From positions 71,734,001 through 71,798,000 of the forward strand of contig OZ320313.1 of assembly GCA_976226885.1 (NCBI GenBank): 64,000 nt of DNA, in the 5' to 3' direction. The notes below the pieces were generated by a model. The model did no database searches, had not been told where the DNA came from, and saw only the letters and a program-made list of their open reading frames with translations. Positions 24,101 through 39,100 of this stretch are shown in pieces (the first letter of the stretch is position 1; each line of letters opens with the position of its first letter). This DNA is from Iphione sp. A-MEVVRFRX5 (lineage: Eukaryota). Made by a program: the position numbers and the translations under genes.

Positions 24101-27100
24101 AGGCAGGGATTAGTTTAAAGTGATTCGAAAACATTTACCTGAATTTGCTCCCTAACTTAGCCTGTGAGGTACGGCTAAGTATTTGCTGTATAAGCCAACT
24201 ATGGACTACAAGTATATTACGATGCTTTGCTTGAATTCCTTAGGATAATGGAGATACCTACAGTGACACATGCCTTGCATTGACTTCATTCCGTTATCCA
24301 TGCGACTGGGTTTATATAATGCCGTGGAATGCTGGCGCATCTGCTGTGACGCGGGGATGGGTGGTAGGGGTGGGGGTGGGATTGCTTCATTTATGATGAT
24401 GAGAACTGTTCAGGTGGTTTCGACTGTGTGCCTCTTTACGCACCGCTGAGAAAGAAGGGCAACCCCCCCCCCCCACCCACGAGACCATGAATCTATCTTA
24501 CTTTACCCATTGCCGGAGGCTAACTTGACTTTTCGTGTCCCAGAGGAAGACTTCCACCATACGACTAGGTAAGCTTTCAGAACGTGAAGCCATTCATCAA
24601 CTGGAGTTTCCCTACTATTGCTGCACTCATTTAATAGCCGTCCTTTATACATATTATACGAGTGATAAGCAGCGGCATTTCTGGTCCAAATTGCAATACG
24701 AGTCACAAGTGCAAATGTCGCCGATATAAATCATGGCTACTTTGGTGGGCGCCCCGCTGGCCATTTAACTGCCCGCTTTTATAACGGGTACCCACCACAG
24801 CCGGCAGCGGCCAATTAATGTATCTACTGTCCATTACGACCACCATTCACCATTACCGTGATTGGCCGCATTTCGCCCAGTTCTGACTGTGCGTTTGTGG
24901 CTATTTGAAGGGGCCGCTTACTTTGTTAACGGGGCACCAACTATAAAAAGTAAGAGGCCGCAGGGGCACTGTTACATTCCTGACGGAGATATTACCCGCG
25001 ATGTCTCTCTTCAGCCGCTCCTTGCCCGCTGCTTTTGAGGCTCGTGCCGGCGGAGGGGACCCCCGTGCCAAGTGTATGAATAAATCACGCGGTCGCCTTC
25101 ATCAGTATGCATATGGATGCTTGCTTGACGTAATTACTCCTGTATCTGATCATCACAAGTGGTGCGGGAGAGGGGCTTGGTGAGAGCCGGTGGGGCCCGC
25201 GAAGATTCGGGGGTGGGAGTGGGGGGTGGAGTGCGTGCACAAGGTGGGGCGTCCTACCTCTTCGCTCATGCAACTGCCAATTTAAAGACTGCCTCACTGG
25301 TGTACCATTCCCTATACGAACCTCCTTTGTGCCGCGCATCTACGCGTTCGTCTTTCACTGCGGCCTCCACAGGAGAACATGAGTCCTTGAAATCTGCACT
25401 AATCTAAATCCTCAAGCCGAAGGCCAGGGCGGAGCGTAAGTAGTATAAGCAAATGGGAATTAGGTGTAGGTTAACGGCGCGATCATTTGGCACGGAGCAG
25501 AAACAAGATGCCATTTCAATTCTCTCCAATCTAGGCGAAAGGCGGATTAGTCAGTCGCTCTCTGGCTTTGTATGTCATACATCATGTACTACACAGCAGA
25601 TGTTATTGCTGCTCTACAGTTTCCTCTCCCTGTCTTTACTCATCTCGCATATGCAGAATTAAAATATTTAATATGTTTTACCCTAACATCGAGAGATGCA
25701 GACATGCAACAAAAAGACAAATGTTTCATCCACTTCTTTCCGTTCAAATTACATGTATATGGAAACATTCACGATAACCGTGCTTTTTGTCATTAACATT
25801 ACAAAACATGGACATAAGTCACATAAACAGGGGATAAATAATAAATGAAACGGGAAATATGATAAATGCATCGTATATCTTCTATCATTAAAAAATATAC
25901 CAACGTTAGTACCTGAAGAACATAACTAACTTCAGATGTTTAGTTCACCCGGTTTATGCAATCAACACGAAGTTCCTTTTTCAAAGTTTGTAAGAGAACT
26001 ACCCCCCAACTTCGCAGCTAAGTAATAAGGATGTCCTTCTCTTAGTAGCATTAAAGTGCACCCTACCGCCTCCTGTGGAGATGGTATTAATAACAGTTGC
26101 TGTATAAGAAAAAACTGTCAATGCCCGAGGGCTAACTTATGCCGAGATTTTCCCATTATAGATTGGTTATCACATTTCAGACCTGGTGGGCTTTGCCGTC
26201 AAGCTACAGATGACGGACAGAGCCTCCCAATGGGCATTTGTGTCTGTTACTCCTACATGTGTTATAGAGAGAGCCGTATTCCCACCTTCTGTCGAAAATG
26301 AAAACGAGACTAATCGCCCGCAGGTGTCCGTTTTTCTAATGTGTACGCGGCGATGTATCCCATGGGGGTCTACTGAAAATACTCTGCTGCCACATCATTA
26401 AATGGCTTAAAATTCATTCTGCGACAGTGGTCTAGAGCACATTACTTCTAAATATATTCACATAAAAGGTCTGCAAGCACGCTAAACCGCATTCGACTGC
26501 ACTGTTTTCGATGTTACAATGAACAGATTTAATTATTTTTTCGAACTAGGGTCGAAGCCACAACTACTCATTACTAGCATCAAAAACATATATCCAATCA
26601 TCAATACACATTTTGGGTCTAGATGGCTATTTTGTACCTAATCACTTTGTTGACTGTAAAAGGTGACCTTCCACTACCAACCTTAGATTTTTACCTGGAG
26701 TACACCAGGGGGAAAACATGCAGCCTACCACGCTATATATGTGTGCGCCTTTTGTAGTTTGATAGAGTTGTGTTCCAGGAGACATGCCAAGCTCGCGACA
26801 GCAGCCTATCACGTGTGTAAATTTAAGAGAACACAGGTCAATGGAAGGCTTGGGATGGCCTGTTAAAGATAGTCCAGTTGGGGCACTGTTCAATTTCCAC
26901 AGTGCCATCTGTCTTCAGGAACGTCGCACGAACCACTGACCAGTACACTAGATTTGTTTTGGTCTTGCGTTGTTGGCTGTTTTTAACGAGATGTTTGCAC
27001 TTGCGACACTAATGCCGCTTTTGCGTGACGCACCAATGGATTTTCGCGATTCGAGTCGCATGCTACAAATTTCGAGCTTTAAAAAGAGACCTTGTTTTGG

Positions 27101-30100
27101 CAAGATTCAATCTCAATAAAAGCTTCTCTGTTAGAATTTCCGAAGCCTTCTCTGTTACGCGAATTCCAGGAAAGGTTCGTGTGCGGAGCTGGCGAAAATA
27201 CTCTGCATGCACTATAAGATGCTTTCCAATGAAGCATATCTTAAATAGGAGGACCTTTAGGGACGGGGCATAATTTATGCTTGGTCAGGAGACACTACCC
27301 CGGTGGGATCAGAGGAAATGTGAGGGGTTTCCGATTGCCATCGCCCGATCGTTCGTGCTACTATCAAGCAGAGCTGAACAGATCACAGCAACCATGGCCT
27401 AATTATGAGATGGCGATCGTCATTACGATCTATAAATGTAAGGTCGGGGGCGGATAATGATGGAAACTTCCATTTTTACAAGAATGAATAAAAAGGATCC
27501 TGATGATAAACAGCTTTGTATTCCTCTGCTACTTACGTTATTAAATCAATAGTCTACATTTCATATTGAGTCCTACGCTACGCTGCATGTTGGGAGAACT
27601 GTTTTAAAAGACGATAAAAGGGAATTAAGAATTTCATGCAGATAATTTTGTGAGTATTGTACAAAAGGACCTTAAAAGGATTAATATGATACATTTAAGG
27701 GAAGCATATTTAAGAATCTGACGGTCCTTGGTGATACTAAAATTATTGTGATCTGTGTCTTATCTACAAAGAAGGTGCACTAACCGGGCACATTTAAAAA
27801 AGGGAAGATTAAACTTGCTGCATCCCGGGTTACTTCAGCGTCGCCACAGATAAAATGAGAATCGATCTAATTCTCATCAAGTACTGGCGTTCTATTGAGG
27901 CCGTGTGATAAGGAATGGACACTAGAATAATTTGTCGTCTGCGCGCCGTAGCGGCCAAATAACAAGACGACGCCAGCGTGGCACACGTGCGCCCCTAGTG
28001 TGAACGACGGCCATTAATCTGGGACTTGTTAGATCGCCAATTTAAAGGACGGCGAACAACCGCGCCATATCTAAAGCTATAGACCAACAGGCAGCCCTGC
28101 CCTGTCACACAACATGCATCCAACGAGGGCGTCATCTGGTGGAAAGGCTCCAACAAACTGTAAGGTAATCCAGGCGGCAGAAAATTGGTCAATTATGGGG
28201 CGATAGTCGGCGCAAGTTAATGGAGCCGATCAAGTGTGAGGAGCAATGTAGTTATGTACAATTATATCTGGCGGCGGTCGGCGGCTGCGGCTTCCCAACC
28301 AACAAGGGGCAACCATATAGACCGCTAGACGGCAGCGTGGACTCCAGCCTCCAGCCCCCCCCCCCCCCCCCCCGGGACGATTTGCTTTCTTGAGTCTGCC
28401 TGAGCAAAGGCTGGCAAGAGGGCGGAGAGGGCGGAGCAGTGCGCTGAGGTTCATTGCGAAGGGGTCAAGCTCAGAGCGTTGGTGACATCAACCCACGGTC
28501 AATTTGCTCTGCGGCCACTGCAAACGTCTGACACTTCCAATTTCCGGCGCGTTGATAAAGAGCATGGGTAGCACGGCTGGCTGCACTGTTGGGTTGGGAT
28601 CGACTTTAAGACCGGCCAGTGACGCTTGACAGACTGGAAGCTAAACAGTTCGAAACTGCAGTCCAACCACGGCCTAGGGTATCCGATTGATATCGGGGGC
28701 ATTTGTGTTACATTCTTCGATTGACCGAGGATTTGGAGACAGACAAGGAAATACCTCAAAGCGCTGGCTATCATACACCTGACCTATCTGTCACTGTGAT
28801 GTCACATCCGTAGTCCAGCCCACATATTTGATGAAGAGTAAGGAACAAGCAATGAGTTGCCCGTAATGCATCAGTGATGTATCGGAGGTTGACGGGGAGA
28901 GAGTGATATATATATATGTATTATATATATATAGAGAGAGAGAGAGATGGGGAGGACAACCCCGCCCCTGCCATCTTCTTTGCCAAAGGCGTAGGAACAG
29001 GGTAGCAGGTTTGAGCGGAAGGGAGCAAAATTTGGCATTACACTCGCTTTTCAGCGCATCAAACGAAAAGAATTCTGTCGATATAGGATGCACATCACGT
29101 ACATGCGTTAGAAACATGACATCTACTAACATTTGTATGATCAACCTAATAAGGAAATCTGGTAACACTATGCGGGATTAAAGATCGAGTAGGTAGAAAG
29201 GGAAGAAGTAGGCTATAGGGTGAAGGTCCAGAGAAGGCAAAGGAAAACCTTACTATGGCTTATGACTAATCAAGCTCATTTGACCCATGAGACAACGGCC
29301 GATGATAAAACTAAGCGTGCGCACACTAGATAGTGCAGCGAGTAGGCATTGACAGATAACCATCCTTACTCCCACGCACAGTGGACCACCCCTCGAGACG
29401 GGGACATTCGTGCTTCGCATGTTTTCCTCGAGGACTGTATCTTCCCCCTGGCGGTATCTTGCAGAGGTCATGACTTTTATAGACGGTCTATATCAATCCC
29501 GGTCGAACCCTGAAGACTACATTTGGGTCCTGCAGTGTCCAGGGTGGCCCCATCGCTTCGGTAACAGAGACCGGCATGACAAACAATCCTATCTCGACAG
29601 GCGGTGTGATGGGACCGTGGGTGGCTGGCTAGAACCGCCAACTACCCCCCCGGACGCGGCTCCAAGTGCCGCATGCCACCTCTTGAGCTCTAATGGAACC
29701 AACGCCATGGCCCGGCACTTCAGTAGTGCCCATGTTTTTCGTCAATTCGAAGCTAAATGATGCATGCCGAATCTCATCCATCTCGAGCAAGTCCAACGCT
29801 AAAGATTTCAAAAACTCATCGCTCAAGAGTGATCATTCATAACTGAGCATTTTATTAGGCGACTGACACGAGAGCAATCTCGTTCTAAACTGTAGAGCTG
29901 GGGTAAATGCACAGCGATTACACCGTAAAAAGTGTTACTGCGGAGACGGCCTTCAGGTTAATTTGAATGCAAAGTGCCACTTACGGTCCACTACTCCATT
30001 CTATTTCGAATCGAACTGAATTTTATTTACTATTTTAATAGCATCCTTTAATTGGATTGTGGCAATGTGATTGTTCTGTTTAGGACAAGGCAGTGGGGCA

Positions 30101-33100
30101 GATCAAGTGCGGCGGACGACCGTAGAACTCGGCGGCAGACAGGCATATTTGCATCCACCAGATAAAGAGCTCCCCTACTGGGGGTCTCCTGGTGGAGATA
30201 CGCTGGCCGCACGCCTCTCCAAGTGGCTTTGGAAGCTGTGGGGCTCAGTGGGCAGACTCAATGGGCCACATCCTCTGGGGACCCCTATCCACTATTTCTC
30301 CTCTCTCCACGGCCGTGCTCCACTTCCTTGGTAGTTCCCATAGGGGGGGCTGGTGGCCAGTGGGAATCACTACTCTGGAAGAGGACGTTTCCTTCTTCGT
30401 TGGCCGGGGTGGGGTAACGGGGGGTGGGGGGTGGACGTGGAGCAATCCGCCCTTTATCTCCCATCGCAACATATCGAACACCCACGGCAACAAATTCATA
30501 GCCAACCAGCTTTCCTTCCCATCTCGTCTCTCCGCCACATGCCCCTTTAATTTTAGAAGGCACCAAGATATCAGCTGCCGACAAGGGGGATGGCCGTCGA
30601 CGACATCACGTGCGTAAGGCTGTAAATATTGGACGGGTGCACCGTGCGTGACGGATAAGTACATCGTCTTCAATCTCCAACCAAGTGGGGCCTCTAACTT
30701 ACATTGGTGCCTGCTGAGCTTCTTATGCTGAACATAGCCAAGAGTGGATATTAAATAAGATAATTTACTAAACGTCTGCCAAGGATGAAAGATCACACTG
30801 GGATTTAAAGCAGCTTATTTATTACAGTCCGACTTTTTGAAATTGCTGTAGCAGTAAAAGCGTAACAGCCAGTGATGGCAATGAAACTTTCCAGAGGCTG
30901 AAGCAGACAGAACGAAGGTACTTACCCCCGGCATTGTTTTTATATTATGCATCATATTTTGTGCATCTAACGCGGCCTTCCTTGTGTAGAACGTGACAAA
31001 GCAGCATCCTGAAACAAAATCATAAATACCAATTTAGAAAACAATAGCTTTTAAGCCTTCTGTCTGGGGTGTATCAAACTAGAGTAATCAATAATTTAAT
31101 ATAACTGGCTCAAACTTTCCGCAACATAGAACAAGATTTCATTGAGGGAAAGCATATCGAAATTAATACTAACGTCTTATGCAACATCTTGTTCCAGCAA
31201 GTAAATATGAGGAAACATCCTTGCTACAACTGATAATACAAAAGTATAAATTCTGTACAGAATTACGGCGTGATAACGACAATGCAAGAAAAGTCCATGG
31301 CTATTTATATAAGGTGCAGTCAATCAAACCAATTATTCATAGATCGCCTCCAGGCTAAAACAAAAAAGGCAGTGGGCCACGGGCAACATTGATCTCATCA
31401 TTTCGGCCCGTTCCATGTCAATATATTAATTACAGAGAGTTATACCCAAAGGGGAGGGTAAAAAGACTTGCACAAGGAAAAAATGTGACAAGACAGCTCC
31501 TTACTGCAACCTGTGACCATATATAGTTAATGTATCGTCCATAAAACCGTTTTACCAGAAGTCGGCACAGCTGAAGTCTAGATCATTTGCCCCCGTAGTC
31601 CCTCCACATTTTGAAACCGTACGAATTGTGTGGCAGCAGTGAAATCTTACATTATGAGAGGGGAGTGACAAATATGACCGCCCATGCATGGTGTTTCGTC
31701 TTGCTGGTGTAGCAGCACCACAGCTGTTAAGCCAAAGCACGCTAGCTTTGCAACGCAAACATGCCTCATTTGTCATGAGCACCCCTCTCACTCAGGCACT
31801 GCTTATGACAGTCACGTCATCCGACGTAATGACCCCACTGCATGCAGCCCTGCCAAAAATCGTCCGCCAGCGTACGTCCTTTCCATGGTAAATCTTGGAC
31901 GTGTCATTTATTAAGCGGCCATTAGGCGCGGGCCGCAGACTATTCCCTCTCCGCAAACACGGGTTTCTTTTCGGCATAACTGGATGTGGAGCAACCAGTC
32001 GTCCTGACATTAAGCACGGCCCTCTGTCTCAGGCGGTATAATCGATGGGTGGACTGGAGGGCACCAGGACAGGCAAGGGCTATGTTAACTAGTAGTTGGG
32101 AGCTGCGGTTTGGGGCGTGGCCGAGGCTGCGAGTGTCAAGAGCTGCACGGATTTATTATGCATTCGCGTGACTAGCCTGAAGAAACTTGGCTGCAGTTCG
32201 AAAGATGCACGCCCCTATCGGCTCGAAACGGGGCAACTGCATTAGTGGGCGCTTGCTGCAGGACATGGTCAATGATTGCCTTCAGGCAGAGTGGTCACAT
32301 GGCTAGCTAGAAGGGAAGAATGGAGGAGTGAGACAAACACAGAATACACTGGTCATCTGCCAGAGCTTTGAACGGGGGATAGCTAAGTTATCCTATCACT
32401 AATCACAATGACACTTGTACACAGAGTAGCAATGTACCAAACGGAAAGCTCTCAGGAATTTCCTGACCAGAACATACTGTTAGGAATGATGCGCAACTTA
32501 ATAATTCATCTCCGCACATCCAATTGAATACCCCAAGAATTGTTCTATGTTCACTTCAAGAATCCATCTTAAATGTGTGTCACAGGAGGTGTGCTTTACT
32601 CCTGCTAGAAGTTCGTGTCCTCCATCTGACCTCCTGGCATGGTCGCACGGGGACTGAAAATTGGTCCCAGCTTCAGCATCCCATCAATACAATCTCATCA
32701 GATGTTCGCGTGTACCAAGTATACCAAGTTCAATCAAGGCTGTATTACAAAACGAGCGTACACTGCAGATTCTCTCTCATGTTTATATAGATATCTCTTC
32801 GGAAAGTTATATTGATTCAGTAGGCCTGTTTTCATTCTTCCCTAAAACACGCGGTACCCTTTTCATTCACCCAAGGTAGCTAAGGGCATAAAGGTGGCAA
32901 TTCGGGAGTAGGATCTGTCGATCCAGGTCGATAAAGGCTGGCATAAGACCAAAGCAGATGTCAAGGTGTCAGAAAACACAACTTTACCTGTCCCTTTCGT
33001 GGGGCGTTGCACTGTCGCAAAGCCACGACATAGCGGGGGAAATAGGCATAAATATGGTTGCATATTTTAACTGACCATTAGCCAGCAGCCATTGCTGGCA

Positions 33101-36100
33101 GATTTCCCAGCGCTGATAGCCGTCAAATGACGTCCTCTTTCAAGGCCTCCAGTGTGAAGAACCCCACATGGTAGATTGCCTTCCTTCACTTTTTCGTACG
33201 ACGCCTCTCCATTTATCAATGTAATCATTAGCTGTGTTTTGCTGGCAGACCCACTCGTTCGTTTGGGCAGGAGGAGACCACATTATTACTTTTCTTGATG
33301 TTGAACATCGATAACAAAGAGGGATAGTGCATTATGAAATAAAACATAGGTTCGGTAGGCGATTGCACTTTTGAAATTCCAGCTTTAATAGGTGTTTTCG
33401 GGCCTAATGGTCTCCGGCAGCTCGGTGAAAGTCCAAGGACGACAAACTTCCCCCAATACTGGAAATCACTGACTTTTCTCACACGGCTTCCAAAATCAAT
33501 ATGCATGACAGTTGGACAAAACAGATTCCTGTGAGGCGCCCGAGCGAAAAGCAGGAACAGGATTAAGTGCTGTCAGTTTGTCGGTCTATTCATTTTTGCC
33601 TTTTATTATTTACTTTGCCGGCATCCAAACCTCGCTAATTTACAATTCCAGCAAGGCTCATCAGTAGTGGGGGACAGGCGACGACCTGTTTGCTGTTGGG
33701 TGAGATCTGCATGCCAGATTGCCACCTTAGCCCGACCAACACAAGCTCGGTAAACCCTGACTGCCAATCACCCCACAACTACTTCTAAAGTAGAAATATT
33801 TCACAATGCTCGCGTAATTTCATGCTTTACATCAAGATAATTTTAGGAAACGCCGTCATGAATGCGGCGATATAGTGAATAATAAACGGCACCTAGGTCA
33901 TCGTTGGAGTCGCCCATTTCCCACAGGTGCGTGACAAAAGTACATTAAATTAGGGAACAAACTACACGTCAGAGAGAAATTAGTACGTATCAGAAGTTAT
34001 ATTTTCAAACGGAGAGTTCAAGGCCAAAATCAAAATAGCTACAGGGAGAATGTCTTGTCATCACATTGGCTAATCTCCAACATGTGGCCTTAGTCACATA
34101 GCCTATAGGGCTTTCTACCAAGCCAAATTAAGATTCCTTTTGGCAGGCTCAACACCGTGACATACGTTGTACCTGGACTCATTTTACCATTCACTTTTTC
34201 TCACTGTCAGCGGTAAACAAATAACCCACAAAGCAGAAAACTATATCAATGACGGCACTATTACATCTTCACATTTCATCTAATTTGTTGGTAAGCACGA
34301 ACATACATGTGCATGTACCTATATTTCTTGTCTACGTTGTCTATCCAGCACCTTCGTCCTACAATATGATGTACCATCCGACATGGACTGCAATCTTGTA
34401 GATTTGTTCGCGTGTCACAAACCACCGTTTCTTAAAAGTGGCTTTGAAAACCTCATCGAAATTATATGAATTACATCATAAGCTAATTGCTGTCATTCAA
34501 CCTGAGAAGAAGTGATATGGAACGCTGTAAATGAATTATTGATATACGCATAATGCATTTGTTGCACAATGCACATACTAATAGATGTTTCCCAACTCGA
34601 CCATTCCAGTCAATCTATTCACCAAGATATTGACAGAAAGAGCTGAATCCGCCACGCCTGCTACAGCAACGGGAGCACTCTGTGCGTATCAGTCTGCACC
34701 CGCGCGGGCCATTGGCGAAGATGGGCGATCCTTCTAATGCTTCTTCAGTAGCACCTTCAGGCTATATCGTGATGATGAAAGGGAAGTGGAGTACTCAGGC
34801 GCTCTACAAAGGCAAAGAATAGAGGTCGCATAGAAGGGAGCTGCTCTATGGAAATGTTCCAGATCCTCCATCTCACAGCGTGTTAAGTGGAGCCGCCTCT
34901 GTGGCGTGAACCAACTTGTTAGCTTGTTTGGGTTCGTGACCGCCACTTCCACTCTGGCAATGTTTAAGTATGTTTGCGGTCGGACAGGCCGAGATAGGAC
35001 TTTATTATTCTCGGCAACTGCAGTGCGGCACGATAAAACCCGAATGTATGGAAATCAATATCTTAGGTTCTCCTGATATAACCTGCATTCTTCTGGTAGG
35101 CCGTGCCCCCGCCGGCCTTTCGGCCTACCAGATTTTACCGGCCTTTTGGCCTACCAGATTTTTCCTCTCAGAGAAATACGGCCTCAATCATGCTGATGAA
35201 AGATGCGCCTTTAATATCCAGGGGTCCGTCTTCGCCTGCTCGTAGCTATAGGCGTCACTATTTCAATGTAAAATCTGACGTCAAGTTTACGCGTCTCTGA
35301 TTTGGAATTGGTTACTAGTGAACATCAAATTTTCGAGAGAAGCTGATGAAGTACTTTCTGTGGGAAGAACAGTGTTGAAAGACGAGGCGTGCGGTGGTCA
35401 GCTCGTTACATTTACTGCTAACCTGCCTTATGGCAATGTCTTTAGGTCCAATGGAACATGTATTTTCACAAACCTTTCTTCGTCAAATACGTTCATAAAT
35501 AATGCTACACCACATGCGCACACATACTATAAATTATGCAATGCAAGATGTTGGGATGCCAATATAACAAGCCTGCCTGACCTTTGGAAAGTTATCGTGC
35601 CAATAAGTAAAACTATTTTCACGTTGAATGTGTAGTATTTTCCGCTGACAGTTACCGCTTTCCACGGCATCGCTGAGCAAATGTGTGGAGACTTTTTTGT
35701 GTGTGTGTCCTCAGATGTTTCCAATAGCCGCCCACCACCTATTGAAAAGTACCCACATGAGTAATGAGGAATGAGAACTTCTTGGCAGGGCTTTCGTGGC
35801 AGGGAGCCTGCTTTGGGTCAGCCAAGCTTTTACGACATGTGAGAGCAACGTTTTAAAAATGTCCATGGCCTGCGGCAAGGAGAAGAGCACAGCAGCCAGC
35901 GCTAGTATAACTCAACGTCCAGTGTTTGGCTAAGGGACCCGACTGACTGGACTACCCAGCTGGACTACCCAGCGTCCTCAAACTCGAGCTTTGCTGGCTC
36001 GGGCCTCGACGGGCTAAAGCGACAGGCGCTCGTCTATGAACGAGGACCCCTGTCATCTGACAGGACCTGTAGCCAATTTGCCTTTAAGAAATATATGCAC

Positions 36101-39100
36101 TGTCGGGAAACGGCCTCCAGCCTGAAGTCTATTCTCATAGAACTAGCGAGCGCGCAAAACCTGCCCGTAGGCAGAAGAGTGCCCAGTGGCCAACATCTGC
36201 TCTGTCGTACGCGTGGTTATGAGCCGTACGCTTTCTTCTCGTAGTGCCAATTTCTAATCCCGCGTCCTACTCGGCGGCCTCGGGTGCATCAGCAGTGACC
36301 AGACGTCGGAACCGGATAAAAACCGCTGACCTTTCGCGAACGACAGCAGCACGTGACTGCTTAGATTGGGATTAGCGGTGGCAGACCCCGAATTCGAATC
36401 CATTAGGTTGCACGGGAGGCGACATTTATCTTATTCGTATCAAGTTGTAGAGTACACGGAAACAAGAAAACGAGCGGCACGTGACAAAATGATTTCTTTA
36501 ATCTAGGGGAAACAGCTAATGTCTTGGGGCCATTAGTCAAATGGACCTGTAAAGTTCAGGACAATAGATATCGCTCGCAAGCATTTCATCTGTCTGGGTT
36601 TAGCAAGGGACCGTGGGGGGGGGGGGGGGGTGTGGCACACGGTTGTCATGCTTCAACCTGTTCAGCCCTCCGCATATACTGAAAGGTCAACACCCTCACC
36701 AAAACGACATCTTAGTGTTGCCAGGAAAAGACAGCGGACACAGGAAGGCAGTGACGGTCGGTCGTGTCACATGACAAAAGGTCAGAACACCACCGACAAC
36801 GAACAGGTGTGCCACTCCAATAATGGCTCCTCTGTTTTAGACCGCTGTGTCACCAGGTGGTATTGTTCCGATGGATGTTTATTGTAGGGAGATGTCGAAA
36901 GTTTTGAAGGCAGCTGTAGAAAATGAACGGAACGCAGGAGCGAGAAATAAGAGATGCGTTTTTGAAAAAAAATGGACTGGCTTGAAAAAAGGGTACAGGT
37001 CGATAACGGAATAGGGCCAAATTAAACGAGTTTTGAAGTAAAGAAAGGGTGCCTAATTTACACACACATTCCTTATAAGCGATATGTTCACTAGCAGTTG
37101 GCTGCATGCTTTTGTAGCAATACACGTCCACTGACGAGACCCAAGGTGAAAACGTGCTCTTTTAATGGAAACAAGATGTGCTTGCTGTTTCACACAGAAG
37201 ACCTCTGATTCAATGTCATGGGAAGCTACATAATGAATACTCAGAACAATGCCTATAAATAAATGTGTGAACAAATACATGTAGATGCATTGTGCACGTG
37301 TAGCTAGAATATGCACTGACGTCTTGGCCTGCCCATGGAGTCCGTGACTAGTGACAGGTGAGCGAGCTACCAATATACCTGCTCACTACACACTCTTCGG
37401 GCAGCTCAGCGGTTTGTTGCAGTGAGTATGGGTGGGAACTGAATTAAAATCGCTCTACAGGCGAACCACCCAAATGTCTGCGATTCATAGTATTTCAACT
37501 CGCTTTACTCAATGGATTATGCACACATCCAAGATCCTACAGTTAGGCAAATTGAACCTGATCACATCGATGGTTTTTCCGATATGCGATCGCCTCCTCT
37601 CGCTCCATCCATCCAAGCAGTGGACTCCTAGGACCCTTGAAACTGCACGTATCCCAAGGGCCCCCCAGCAAGTGCTGGGTTGCATGTAGTAATTTGCCAT
37701 TAGCAGCAAGGACGCCGGCAGCAATGGCCGCGGTGACGCCAGGTGGCTACATGGCAGGCCCTCCATTACATAACGCTCCTGGCCATGCGTCACTGGATTA
37801 CGTCTTGAACGCAAGCTATGGCACGGCCATGGAAACCGGCCATTCTCCATGACAACCTGGTCTCCGTGTCAGCAATCTGCAGCGGCCAGCTCCGACTGGT
37901 TGTCAGGAAACGTGGGTGCGCGGCATTTGCAGGCGGATGAAGGCCTGGCGTGGTTTCCCATTCGCATTCACCAGAAAAGTGGAGAGGTGAGCGTTGCTGA
38001 CAAGGAAAACGGCTCGAGACAGCTAGAAGGGAAATTATGGTCGTTCCCTTTCGCAGACACACATATCAAGCAAAAAGCTTTCTCATTACAAAATATACGT
38101 CCACCACGAAAATATATTTGTGGGTATAAATCCAACTGAGGTAAACCGAGGAGAAAGCTACAATGGACTTGGAAGGCAGGATTCTTCTTAACAGACACGC
38201 CAACCTGAATACTAACTAAACTCATGACCCGTATATATTTTACTTCTGAAAACCATCCTTCGCTTGGAGATTCTTGTATGTTTCTGTAAGGTAAATAATA
38301 CATCTCGAATCCTGACACTCTAGGACATGCACTTACTTGTACTAAAACAGGACTTCCACATTGACCTGATAGCAGGTGCAACCTGATCTTTCATGTAACC
38401 CATACCCATGGTTAAACAGGCAGCAAACACTGGACAGATGTAGTTAAATAATACAAGTGTCGGAAATGTTTCAAGCATGTTTGCCTTTAACGCCGGCGTG
38501 AATAGTGTCGGATGGCGGGATGGTAAAGTTGAGAAGCGGGGCAAGCTTTCACCAGATTACGGGCGAGGTGGTTATATACAGTGGTATACTCGATCCGGAA
38601 GGCTAACACACCCCTCCGCCAGGTCCTCGGGGAGGGGGCGTCACACAGCGCTACACACCGACACGCTCAGCGACCTTCCTCACAACCAGGGGCCAGGCGG
38701 ATCAATCCTTAAGGGCCAGCTGGGGCCTCTGTGTCCTGCCTCTGGTGACAGCATCTTGAGTGTAGCATCCTGATATGTCACACCGAGTGGCGCCTCTCAA
38801 ATGGAAGGGTACGGCCCTGGCAAACAACTCCAGAGGGTCGCACTTGAGAAGACTGCTGGCAATTGCCTAGCGACACTTTAGAAGTCGCATTTGATGCAAA
38901 AAATTATTTCCTTTGGGAAAAAAAGAGAAACGCGCAGATGGCGAGTTGAAAAGGGTTTAGATGAGAAAACTACACAAATCTTCCGACATGGAGTTTTAAC
39001 GAATGGACTGCTTATTGAAGATGGTGAAAATCCGCCAGCTTTCCAAACATCTCTGGTCCATTAACCATGTACATGTATTCCTTCTCAGCTGAACTTTATT

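Noticed and set aside
30071-30796. Cluster of ORFs up to 183 aa on both strands in a CELF intron
   Set aside because: No recognisable domain. GC-rich sequence gives few stops. A decayed TE cannot be excluded without RepeatMasker or BLASTX.
37432-38773. Dense short ORFs resembling a decayed mobile element
   Set aside because: I could not identify RT, endonuclease or DDE motifs, TIRs or TSDs by eye.
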